Below are positions 1 to 11,519 of a stretch of DNA of 64,000 bases, piece after piece (position 1 is the stretch's first letter; the number at the start of each line of letters is the position of its first letter). Source of the stretch: Azolla caroliniana (lineage: Eukaryota > Plantae > Polypodiophyta); contig JBHGNT010000020.1 of the NCBI GenBank assembly GCA_043228905.1, positions 5,456,001 to 5,520,000 of the forward strand, written 5' to 3'. The position numbers and the translations under genes were made by a program. A model generated the notes under the pieces. The model worked only from the letters and a program-made list of their open reading frames with translations, was not told where the DNA came from and made no database searches.

Positions 1-839
1 CCATTGCACACCGACCCACCTCATCTGCCATGACCACGGGGCCTATCTCCCTCCGTGTACAACATCTTGTTGTCGGCATGCGTGCTCGTCGACGCGCTCG
101 GGTGGTTCTTCTCTATAAGGAGCATCGACTATAAGTCGAAAAACGACGGCGTATTCTCCCGTGTACACACCGCAGTTTGGAAGGCTCCGAACTTCGACGC
201 TAGTCCCCCGAGACAGATCTGCACCATCTCTCCTTCCTCGACGTTCACATCGATAGAGGCTAAGGAGTCGCATATCTCTTTGATCTTCGAGGTGTAATCA
301 GCCATCGACAAGTCGCGTTGTCATAAGTTGCTCAGGTCCTGTCGGAGTTGAAGCTTCCTGGATGTGGTGCTTGCGGCGAAAATCTTCTTTAGATTTCCCC
401 AAGTATCCTTTGGCATTTTCACATTCCGAATATAGCTCAGAAGTTGTTCGCCCACACAAGACGCAAAGCAGTACAGTACTCTGCTCGCCGACTGTTCCCA
501 CGCCGGGAAATCTTTGTGTGTCAATTCGGGTGTTGTGTCATTTGCTCCGTCGACATAGCTCCAATAACCGTGCCCGAGCAGGTACAGGTGCATCTTGTAC
601 GACCAAGACGCGTAGTTGTTTCTGTCGAGCTTCTCGGTAGGAAGCGAGCTAGCCATGCCTCTATCCATTTTGTTTTTCCTGTTCTTCTTGGTTAGTTTTC
701 TTTTCAAGCTATGTCGGCTACAGAGGTTCTCAACCCTCTCGCTCTGATACCATGTGAAGAATACATGTGCGGAAGCAATAGAAAAATGAACACAGAAAAT
801 ATGTAGGTTTAATGGAGAGCTTGAATATACCCAATATGC

Positions 840-879
<40 letters not shown>

Positions 880-1178
880 GAGAACACACAGAAACTCAAT
901 TCAAAATAATACTCAATCTATACATACACCGTGCCCAGTGAGCACCTTTTATACAAGCCCTGACAATAGGGCTGACACAAGTACTGATAGTACTGGACCA
1001 CTCATAAATGAGCCTACTACACTAACTCCCAAAATTATTCCTTAAGAGGAATATCATGCTAACGACCTTCCAGTTTACGCACCGATAAGGCCATGTTATG
1101 CGTACTGATTTACACACCTAGTCTACACACTGGATTACACATCGTATTACGCATGAATGTTGAGCTTGTCTCTCAACA
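1..1178 (-). mobile_element. Ty1/copia element, 5' portion (5' LTR 753-1178, PBS-Met 741-752, decayed gag); continues off the left edge; inserted into the RT of chromovirus C
   Basis: Minus strand reads TGTTGAGA...TCACA then TGGTATCAGAGC (initiator-Met PBS). Gag MDRGMASSLPTEKLDRNNYASWSYKM is the same family as the gags at 12517 and 36131. Confidence 0.9.
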
Positions 1179-1388
1179 ACAAGGTTGTAGGCACCTCGAA
1201 GATCTAACTTCGTGAAATACTTTGCTCCACTGAGGCGTTCTAGAAGGCTTGAGATCAATGGTAGAGCATATCGGTTTCTAATAGTCACTTTATTCAAGCC
1301 CCAATAATCCACGCCCATACGAACCGTACCATCTTTCTTCTTAACAAAAAAGATGGGTGCACCAACAGGAGATCTTGAATGTTGGATA

Positions 1389-2039
1389 TGACGAGAACTT
1401 CTCGTTCCTTATCTGCAACGCTCGGCCACAACCGAGCTTAGAATCATATACAGAAAACGGGAAATAAATGCACGACACAGTGAAGAGAAGAGTACACAGG
1501 ATGTTTACGTGGAAAACCCAAACTAGGGAAAAAAAATCACGGCAACCCACAGGCTGCAAACTATCATTATGTTAGAATGTACAACAGTGAGGTCACGGAG
1601 GCAACGACCTCGTGCTCACAATCCTCGCCACAGGCGGCGGTTATGCGTTATCTCTCTTCTTGCACCAACAAGAATAACAACAACAACAATAGTTTGCCCT
1701 AAGTCATATTTATACTAATATGACTTTTCGGCTATTTACAAATATAGCCACGATGGGATCTTAGAAACATATTTACGAATATGTCTCTTCATCCGGTGAG
1801 CACTTCTCACCGGGTCTGCACCATGCGGCTCTCCGTAGCCGGGTACTCCTCATCCGGTTCTCACCGGGTTTGCACCATCCGGCTCTCCGTAGCCGGGTAC
1901 TCCTCATCCGGTTCTCACCGGGTCTACAGCATCCGGCTCTCCGTAGCCGGGTACTCCTCATCCGGTTCCGGCCTCGGCCGAGATTGTTTGTCGGCACTGT
2001 TCTTCTCCCTTCCCATCCGAAGGGACCTATTTCCCAACA
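1389..2039 (-). mobile_element. Solo LTR (651 bp) of a copia family related to element F
   Basis: TG...CA ends with perfect TSD GGATA (1384-1388, 2040-2044). Shares motifs CTCGGCCACAACCGAG, GTGGAAAACCC and GCCCTAAGTCATATTTATAC with the LTR at 37749-38356. Confidence 0.9.
1805..1967. repeat. About three tandem copies of a ~54-bp unit inside the solo LTR
   Basis: Unit TCTCACCGGGT.TGCACCATCCGGCTCTCCGTAGCCGGGTACTCCTCATCCGGT is directly visible. Confidence 0.85.
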
Positions 2040-2305
2040 GGATAAAACCATTTGCCAAGTTCTCATCGATATATTCTCGAAGAACCTCTAACTTCGTGGG
2101 CTAAAAGGTTATAAATTGGCCCCCATGGAGGCTCTTTTCCTAGCAGCAAATCAATCGGGTAATCATATGGTCGATGCTCTGGTAATCTATTAGCCTTCAC
2201 CTTATCGAACACATCGGAGAATTCTATGTACTTCTTTGGTAATTGGACCCCCAATTCTTGTGAGCTAGATGAGGGAGTTGCTAAAACCGCAAACACCATC
2301 ATGTC

Positions 2306-5300
2306 TGTTGGCCGGTCAGAAGAGCAAGGACAAGTGGGAAGGCGGAGTCGGATCGGATAATAGGAAGTAAATAATAGTATATTTATTATTCGGAGGGACG
2401 GATCCGGTACAGTTAAATAGTGTTGTATGCCTGGCCGGACTAGCCTCAACACAGGTGTCTATCCGACACTTCTCTAAAGGGGTGGTAAGGATTGGATGCT
2501 AAGTTACATGCGTAAGATGATTACACTAAGCACAGATGGTAAAACAATACAAAGACAAAGATAAACACGCAATAAGTATAATTGTATTACTTTCGTAAAG
2601 CATTTACAAATCATCAGATCCTTTTATAGGCATCCGACAAGGTTACAATCGGTGCGCTTAGGCAACCGACATCCGAATCGGTCCGGATCCGGATCGGTAC
2701 AACTGTACCGGATCCGTCCCTCCGAATAATAAATATACTATTATTTACTTCCTATTATCCGATCCGACTCCGCCTTCCCACTTGTCCTTGCTCTTCTGAC
2801 CGGCCAACCCATGGCACGCCCGTGGGAAAGTGCCTTGCACTTCGAACCCACTCCCGGCCTCAGTCTTCCTCCAAAATATCGAGCAAACTCCGCTCGAAGG
2901 TGTCAAGTGGTGCCTCTTCCTCCAATTCCTGTTCCTTGCCTGCCTGGTCTCCGACCTCCGGTTGGGTTGGCTGTTCCGTAAAAATTTGCTGCTCCGGCTC
3001 TGCTTGATTCTGTGGTGTCGGTGCTTCCTCACCGCTCCGTCCGGGTTCTTCCTGTTCTTCCTCCGTTCCAGCTCTATTTTGTTACCAGTGTCGCTTTCTC
3101 CGGTCTCGACTGGTCGGTTCGGTGCGCCTTCTTCCTCTGCTCCGGTGTTTTCCGGTCTCAGCTCTTCCTCTTCCCCGGCATCGGTCTGCACCTGCTCTTC
3201 TTGATTTTCTTGGACCGGAAGTTCTTCTTCGGGTATTCCTTGTCGGGGTTGTTCGGTGTCGGTTGGTTCAGCTTCAGCCGGTCGCTCTCCCTTACTTATA
3301 GTGATTGGCGTCGTTCTTCCCTCGGCTTCCTATCGTAACCGGTCCTACTCGTATTTCTCCAACTCCAACTGAGTTGCGAGCTGCCCGTCATCCAACCTCT
3401 CTACCAACCCTCGGATTTCTTTGAGATGTTCTTCCGCTAAAGCGTAGAAATCCTCCGACAACTCTTCCCGAATGGCGACGATACTTTCTTCATCCATCTT
3501 GTAGAACTTGTCACCGGTCTTCCTCCGATTCTCAGCATCAGCTCGGAGTGTCTGCAGCTCGGCTTTTGAGAGTTTCCGGCTTGCATAGTACACCGGCCGG
3601 TACCATTTCGGCTCCGTGAGTTGCATCAGAACGCTGCCGATTGCTACGTCCGATGCGTCAACGAAGACGTGAAAGCTTTTACTCCAATCCGGCGGTTGCA
3701 CCACCGGAGCTTGCGACAGCATAACCTTCAGCGCTTGGTAGGCTTTCTCCTCCATCTCCGCCCATAGGAAGGGTACCCTGTGTACGGCGGCATGCAATGG
3801 TGTATCGAAGTCTGCGAGGTGCCTTATCATTTGGCTATGCCACCTTATTTGGCCCAGGAACCGACTTAAAGCCTTTGCGTTATTTGGTGCCGGTGCCTCG
3901 AGAATCGCCTTTACTTTATCCGGATCTACCGCGATTCCTTCCTTACTCACCACGTGCCCTAGCAAGTTGCCGCTTGCCACTCCAAAGACGCACTTGGCCG
4001 GGTTCAGACTCAACCGGTACTTGCGGCACTTCTCTAAGCACAACCAGAGGTGATCGAGATGCTCTCTGTGCCGGCTGTAGACCGCGAAATCGTCAAGGAA
4101 GACCTGCATAAAACCGGGGATATATTCCCCGAAAATTTCCATTATTATCCTTTGAAAGGTCACTGGGGCCGTCTTTAGTCCGAACATCATCACGACCGCG
4201 ACGAACACTCCCCATTCCGTAACGAACGTTGTCTTCTCCTGGTCGGCCGGGTTCATTCGTATTTGGTTGTAACCGCTAAATCCATCCAGGAAGCTGTAAA
4301 CTTCGTGGCCGGCTACCGCATCTAACACCCCGTCCGTAAATGGTAGTGGAAACGCATCGGTCACCGTTGCGGCATTTAGTTTCCGGTAGTCCACACATAC
4401 CCGGATTTTGCCGTTCTTTTTCGGGACCACCACTATCGGACTCAGCTAGGTTGCCTGCTTGACCGGTCGGATAAATCCGACCCGGAGGAGCTTATCAATC
4501 TCCTCCTTCACCTTCGCCGCATAATTCGGATTCATCCGGTACCTGTGTTGAGCGATCGGTTTCGCATCCGTAGTTAGGTGAATTTGGTGCTGATAGAGCT
4601 GGGGGTCCAGCCCTCGCATGTCTTCGTATGACCACGCAAACACATCCTTGAAGTCTGTTAATAATGCTACCATTGCCTTCTTTTCTTCCTTCGGCAATTC
4701 CTTTGCGACATTTACCGGTCGGGGCTTGTCTGTTGTGCCGAGGTCCACCTCCTCTAGTTGGGATGCTTTTACCCTCTGGGATATCATCATCTCCCTCTCT
4801 AGGGATTCCTACGCTTGTCGCAGTTCCCGGATCGCCGCTTGGTCCGGTTCGTCCGGCGTCGTGATGTACGGTTCTACTGCCGCCGTGATATCCACCTCAA
4901 ATAGTGGGACGATTCGTGGGTGTTCCTCGAGGTACCGATCGACTTCCTCGTCCGGTAATCCCTCCAACATGTTGATGCTTTCCGCATACAATGGAGTTGC
5001 TTCCTTACTGGCGATCACCCGTGGTTGCGTCGCTACTCGTACCTTTGTTTTCCCTCGCCGGAATGTGATCATGTTCTTTTGCCAATTCTGCTTGATATGC
5101 GCCGTTCGCAGCCATGGTCGTCCTAGCAGTAGGGGGTACGCGCCTTGTACATTCAGCTGCAGCACCACGGCCGATATCCGGAATACATGGCCTCCGATCG
5201 TTACTTCCAAATCCCGGATAAGCCCGGTCGGTCGGACTGAGCTGGTATCCGCCATGCGTAACCAGAAGGGGCATGGTTCCCATTCCCGGATGCCCAGGTT

Positions 5301-7592
5301 GTCGCATGTCTGTCGGTTGATGACATTTACCCCGGAGCCTCCGTCCAAAATTGTTCCGGCAATTTCCTTTCCTTTCACGATTCCAGTGATCGTCGGGCTA
5401 CTTGTATCGACCACAGCTGGTCCTTCCTCCGGGTTGGAGAAGAATGCCGGTGCTGGCGTCGGCTTCGGTTTGCTCACGGATGCCTGTAAGTCTACCGTAA
5501 ACCGTGGCACCAACTGTAGTAGCCGTGCTAACGGCAGCACGATTTGACAGTCCTGGAGCGCTTGCCACATCGGGTTTTCTCCTGGTTGTATGATTTCTTC
5601 GTCTTTTGGCATATTTTGGTCTCTTATTTCTGCCGCATTCTGTTCATTGGCCTTCTTGATCCATTGCGCCGCTTGTTTTCTGATTGCCTCCTGGGCTTCC
5701 CACTTGGTGGCCTTCCCCTTTGACCGGGTTGTGACCTGCTGCACTTCCGTTATTTCGGTTGTAACCATGTTGACTGCCGGCTGCTTGTCATTGGTTTTGC
5801 TTGGGCATTGGTTACTATAATGGCCCTCCTTACGGCAGTAATAACAGTACACCTTGTGACTGTTGCTCGTTTCTCCTTTGTCCCCGGTTTGGGGGGTGGG
5901 TATACTTCGGCGGTTGTCTTCGGTTTTTCGGTTATCCAGTACCGATACCGGGTTGTCATTCCTTGCTGCCTCCCAACTTTCCTCTCTTCGGAAAAATCCA
6001 CGCTTCTGATTCCATCGGAAATTTCGGTTCCCTTGTCGCCTCTCTTCTCTGCGTCGTTCGTATTCCGGGGATTCGTCTCGGTCGTACCGGTCCCGGGGGT
6101 AGCTATCTCTGCGTTTCTCCTCTCGGTCATAGTTATCGCGTCTTCTATCAGCGTATCTGTCATCGCGTTCGCGTTGGTAGCGGTTGTCTCTCCGGAATCG
6201 ATCCTCATCCGGGTGCTGATTGCGCGGTTCTATGTGTTGAACCGGTGCCGCCTGCCGATTTAACAGGTTATATTCGCATCGATCCGTTGTATGGGCTCAA
6301 CTTGTCTGTGAAAAAGCCTGAGGAATTTGGCCTTCAAGGCATCGAATGTGGCAAAGCTGCCCGGTAAGTGCTTTGCGTGCCATCGGGCCACCGGTACTTC
6401 TAAGGTCATGCCGAATTCGGCGACTTTGGATAGTTCAGCTTCGGGCTCCGTCAGTCTTTGGGAAACATGGTTGGTTTCCCATGTTTGGAGGAATGCGTAC
6501 ATGTGTGCCTCTGCGTCGAGCTCATCCCGGTACTTTGGGTATGGGTACAGCATCGTGTCGTCCAATTGACTCTCCTGCTCTGTCCGCTGTTGGCGTCAGT
6601 GTGAGAACCTTCGGTTCCTCCACGGTTGGTGTCGGTATCTGCTCCTTCAGTTCCTCCGCGGGTGTTGCCGGTGTCCGGTCCTTCGGTTCCTTCGCGGGTG
6701 TTGTCGGTATCCGGTCAGCCTCCCTCGGCGATTGCCGGTCACCGAACTCCAAGGTTATTTCTTCCTCTAGCTCCGGTGTTACTGAGTCTTCCGACTCCTC
6801 TTCCCCCGGGTCGTTTGGTGTGTCGTGGCTGCTTTTATACCAGGACGCAACGCTTCCGTCGCTTTCCGACTCCGCCTCGAGTGTTGCGAATGCTTCCGAG
6901 TCCCCGTCGCCACCGGCGAGCGTCTGTAGTATCGTTTCCGCCTCTTGCAGGCTTGTTATGCTACTGCCTTCGTCGGGGACTTGCAGAACCCGGAACTGCA
7001 GTGCTTCTTCTGTGACTCTCCGAAGAGTTCTGGAGAATGACCGGTCTCGCCGGATCTCGTCGACGGCTTGCTGCAGGGCTTCCCGTCGTTGCTCTCGTTC
7101 GGTGTATCGTCTCCCTCGTTCAGTGATGTGGTCGTCGTTTGGTCTAGACATCCATCCCCCGGTTGTCCTCTGCACTTTGCAGGAATCGTGGTCGCCAAAA
7201 TAGTGTTGAATGCTTGGCCGGACTAGCCTCAACACAGGTATCTATCCGACACTTCTCCAAAGGGGTGGTAAGGATTGGATGCTAAGTTACACGCGTAAGA
7301 TGATTACACTAAGCACAGACGGTAAAACAATACAAAGACAAAGATAAACATGCAATAAGTATAATTGTATTACTTCCGTAAAGCATTTACAAATCATCGG
7401 ATCCTTTTATAGGCATCCGGCAAGGTTACAATCGGTGCGCTTAGGCAACCGGCATCCGAATCGGTCCGGATCCGGATCGGTACAACTGTACCGGATCCGT
7501 CCCTCCGAATAATAAATATACTATTATTTACTTCCTATTATCCGATCCGACTCCACCTTCCCACTTGTCCTTGCTCTTCTGACCGGCCAACA
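2306..7592 (-). mobile_element. Non-chromovirus Ty3/gypsy element 'A', internally deleted: LTRs 2421-2809 and 7204-7592, PBS-Arg 7188-7197, extra inverted LTR piece 2306-2414
   Basis: TSD ATGTC at 2301-2305 and 7593-7597; two near-identical 389-bp LTRs; gag zinc knuckle CYYCRKEGHYSNQC, protease LDGGSGVN, RT FLDD, partial RNase H FVDASD. Confidence 0.92.
3345..5852 (-). pseudogene. gag-PR-RT-RH of element A with premature stops; RNase H fused in frame to the tail of the extra ORF
   Basis: ORFs 4809-5852, 4446-4790 and 3345-4433 are collinear and separated by single stops. Integrase is absent. Confidence 0.85.
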
Positions 7593-9689
7593 ATGTCTTC
7601 CTTCCATCCTTTCGTAACAGATGTATAGAGATTGTTGAAATCGTGTGCAATCCTAGATCCTTTGTTGGAGTTTTAAGAGACTCGGATTGTATTGTGACCT
7701 TTTCAATAGTTCTCTTTCTCCAATCAATAGTTGGGTTATGTAACTCAAACCAAGGAAGACCAAGAACTAGAGAGTGGTCTAGACTACTAATGATGTTGAA
7801 TGAAATGATACTAGCCAAATTACCTAGGACTGCACGAATTGGTTCAGACTCTTCGACTATATCACCTGATGCTATAGGGCGACCATCGATGACTCCTATA
7901 GCTACTAGGTTCAGGAGCTTGTTCAAGATAATGTTTTGGGTCAATGCAAACTCGTGATCCATGAAACAAGAATTGGCTCCATAATCTAGGAGGGCAGAGG
8001 CTAGGACTCGATGACCTGTAGATGTGCTAAGCTCAACTTGTGCAAAAGAAAACTCTACTAACTTAATTTGATGAAATGGAACCACAACTAGGTATTGACT
8101 CTACATATCTAGGATGGCCCAACCAAATGGCTCCTATTTTGGCCGGACTCATTCATTTAACACATCCTCTAATTCGTTTAACACATCCTCTTATTAGAAA
8201 TGATGATAGAACTCGAGGTAAGGTTGTAATATGCACTTACTTGGTAAACTTGACGTCTGGGTTTATGTGGACAATTCACATCAATATGTCCTGGACCACC
8301 ACAATATAGGCATAGGCAACGCGCCCGACGTCATTGTTTCTCAGCATCTGATAAAGGCACGCGACGTTATGTTGACTCTATTTCCATCGAAGTGGGACCA
8401 TCCCTCGTAATGGGTCTGGGAACTTGTGGTGGTGTTGCGACTACTGAAGCATACGTCTGTTCCGGTTGGCAGCGTAGCATTTGTTTGACGTTCAGAACAT
8501 CGCTCAAACAAGCAATTATCACATCGCACAGCTCAACTAATGGCCTTTGTAAGAGACTTTGGATCTTCGTGGAAAGTAAGAAGAAGATCTTTGACATCGT
8601 TATGCAAACCCTGACGAAATTGATCCATTAAGGTTGCCTCATCCCAAGGGATGTCACATGCCAAGAGACGGAAATCTGTTGCGTAGGCTGAAGTAGGACG
8701 ATCCCCTTGTCTGAGTCTTCGAATCTTGTTTATTGCCATTCTAGTGCTATCAATGTCTCCAAAACTAGCTTGAAACTCTTTAACGAATGCCTCGAAGTCC
8801 TCCAACAATGGTGATTTCTTCTCTAGAAGTGGTGCAAACCATGCTAATGTTGTACCGCTTAGCAAGGTTCCTATTAATCCCACACGAGCAGCATCAATTG
8901 GGTACCGATTGGGATGTAACAGAATCACCAAACGGACTTGATTTAGGAAACTTCGAAACAAAGATCAGGTACCATCAAACTTGGTAGGGAGGCTAATCTT
9001 TGGTTCCCTTGGGGAGTTTTGAACCCCCGCCGCTTTTTCTCGTAATGTTAATATAGTAGCCTCGAGTTGATGAACCCGTTGTGATAACTCCTCATATTGA
9101 TGAGCTTTCTCGGTACTCACTTGTTGTAAATCCCCGAGTAGCCTATGATTTTCTTGCTCTAATGCCACAAACTTAGTCGTGAGCATGTCAAGCTCAGAAA
9201 GGACACGCATATACTCCTGCTTGCTGAAGGATTCCATAACTGAGGGGGAAAAAGAAAGAAGGGAAAAGAAGAAAGCTTGCTAGGGTTATTGGAAAAGGAA
9301 ACAGAAATATTCGGTTCAAAATATAATCTTGTAATCTTGTTTCATCATAATATAATCTCATTTCTATTTCAAGTCTTATATATATATCTCTCTCTCTCTC
9401 TCACGCACACACACACACCCTCTCTTTCGCTATCGCTCTCGCTCTCACTCTATCTCCTACCCACAAGTCTCGACAGTTTGAACCGAATGCGTTGAAATGA
9501 ATGTATGGACACTTATTTATAGATCCTTATGGATTATTCTAGAATGTTCTAGAATATTTTAGATTTTTATGATAAGAAATATAATCATGAAATATTAAAG
9601 GATGTTCTAGAATAATCTAGAATGTTCTAAAATATTCTAATATCTCATAATAACTAAAAATATAATTATTATAATCACACAACATATGT

Positions 9690-9756
9690 GTTATTTCAAT
9701 GATTAAGGGTTCAACACATAGACCGAGAAGTCGTGGGTTCGATTCTTGATAAGCCA
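9690..9756 (+). other. Degenerate tRNA-derived (SINE-head-like) Pol III promoter sequence
   Basis: Degenerate A box TATTTCAATGA (9692-9702) and B box GGTTCGATTCT (9736-9746); similar to 46846-46910. Confidence 0.55.
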
Positions 9757-9759
9757 AAA

Positions 9760-11406
9760 TGTTGTCTTCATGACACCCCCCCATCTTCACTACACCTCCG
9801 CTACTACACGACCCGAGTGCCCGATTCAATGTTGCGGCCTTCTACACTGATTTGGTTGACCGTTACCTACTCACCCACGGCCTCCAAACAACCCTTGATT
9901 ACATCGAACGCGGTACCGGTTGGGACACCCGCCTCGATAACCAATCTGCCGCACCCATCCCCTGGGAGTTTGATTTCTGTGAGACCCCCCTACTCCTCAC
10001 CCGCCTCTACACCTATTACCCCGAAGTCAACATCTTCCTTTACCCCCATGTTTACCGCGATAAGATGTCTAATTGGGCGGCCGCCAACAATCAACTCGAG
10101 GATGGCACCACCCCGTGGCCGACCCCCTCCTCGAACCACCTGGCATCCAACCCTCGTGGCGTCTCCCTTGGTTCGAGCACACGTCTTTCCGAGAATGGTT
10201 TGCCCTCCACCCCCCGAGATGCGCACCAAGCCCACCTTTTTCCCCCTCGCTCGCTGTTGGCCATGGCGCGACTTCCAAGCTTCCCAGGCATGCCTACCCA
10301 CCCTCCAGTTCAACTGGTCTGTGTTTCCCCGACCCCCGCGCACATATCCGACCGAAGCGGGCATGATCCAGGTCATGCAACGATTCCTACATACATACCT
10401 TGACGTCCCTGGCCCCAACATTCAAGTCAAGCTTCGATTTCTGCAACTACTACTCATACTCCTTGACTCTAGCCCGTATGAATCCCTCCCCTACAAACAA
10501 CACAACCACCCGGCGTGGGGCCTTGTCTTTGATTTGAATAAAGGCCCTAACCGTCGTCAACTGGTTAGCCTTTGGACCCGCGTCAACGTGCTCCACCGCC
10601 ACCTACAAACAGGATTTTGAAACCATGATCGACACAAGTTTTTTTCCCACTTACATAAGTTTTAGTAGAAACCCCCCCTCTCCCTTCACCGGCCACAACA
10701 CCTACACATGGCTCACCGGCCCCAAGAAGGACTTCTTCACGACGACCAACCAAATGCAGGAAATCCGGCTGCCACCACTGAACATCCGACGTCTTCGCCA
10801 TCATCTCCGCCGCCACCCACCCCCTCGGGGAACCCCCCTACTCGATCCTTCTCGCCCCCGACGCTCGCAACTCCCCCTCCCACAGTGCAGCCGGGAGTGT
10901 GCACTCATTAGGTTGGGGGAGATGTTAAGCGCTTGTATTGCAACACAACCAGTCATGAATAAGAGCACATCAACAAGGACGTAGTATGTGTTGAAAGACC
11001 TACAAAGAGGAAACGGCAAGAGGAAAAGAGGCAAAGGGACGTCCAAGTGTGAAAGGCCCATACCCTAAACGTGAATGCTATATAAACCACATAGTAGTGG
11101 CTTTGTAAGGGTTCTTCTATTTGTAAAGATCTCTGGATTGATTAAGAGCTAGAGCTTCCTCTCCTCCTCCTTGTAACCTTTAAGCTTAGTAGATATTAGT
11201 GAAGTGTTTAGTTAGAGAACACTAATCTCTCTTCCTTGTTGGTGCTACACCTCTTAGCAAAGAGGGTTAATAACATATTCATTACTCTTATTGTCTATAT
11301 TCATTACCCTATTGTCTATGAGAGTGAGCTTGAGAGAGTGAGAGAGATATTGTGCTTAATCATCTATTAATCATTAAGTGAGTGTGAGGCTCGAAGGTGT
11401 CCAACA
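9760..11406 (+). mobile_element. 3' end of an LTR retrotransposon: unknown degenerate ORF region, PPT 10911-10922, 3' LTR 10923-11406
   Basis: GGTTGGGGGAGA is directly followed by TGTTAAG; TATA-like CTATATAAA near 11078; end CCAACA at 11406. Confidence 0.6.
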
Positions 11407-11519
11407 ACCATCTTCGCCCGATTCGCCATCAAAATACATCGGTCCGAACTCCGCAAACGACATCGAGGAGTTAACTCCATCGATACATAGATCCTACAAA
11501 ATTACGTATAAATATCCAT

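Larger units (their letters stand above)
1179..9679 (-). mobile_element. Decayed Tcn1/Tf1-sushi-like chromovirus ('C'): 5' LTR ~9323-9679, gag 8533-9237, protease ~7600-8085, RT start 2045-2305 and 1179-1388; interrupted by nested elements
   Basis: Gag REPKISLPTKFDG...LSGTTLAWFAPLLE; protease ALLDYGANSCFMD...VLGLPW; RT PPWGPIYNL and [19 protein letters not shown]...[11 protein letters not shown]. The RT segment rejoins across the GGATA TSD ([22 protein letters not shown]). Confidence 0.85.

Noticed and set aside
4618-7203. Long plus-strand ORFs (309, 285, 188 aa) antisense to element A, and similar ones opposite D and F
   Set aside because: Shadow frames of GC-rich gag-pol sequence with no independent motifs.
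2306-7592. DIRS-like or DNA-transposon interpretation of the terminal inverted repeats of element A
   Set aside because: It has direct LTRs, a PBS, a 5-bp TSD and gypsy RT, and no tyrosine recombinase or transposase.
11407-11490. Minus-strand MYFDG resembling Tat-type RNase H
   Set aside because: The surrounding residues do not fit and there is no extended frame.
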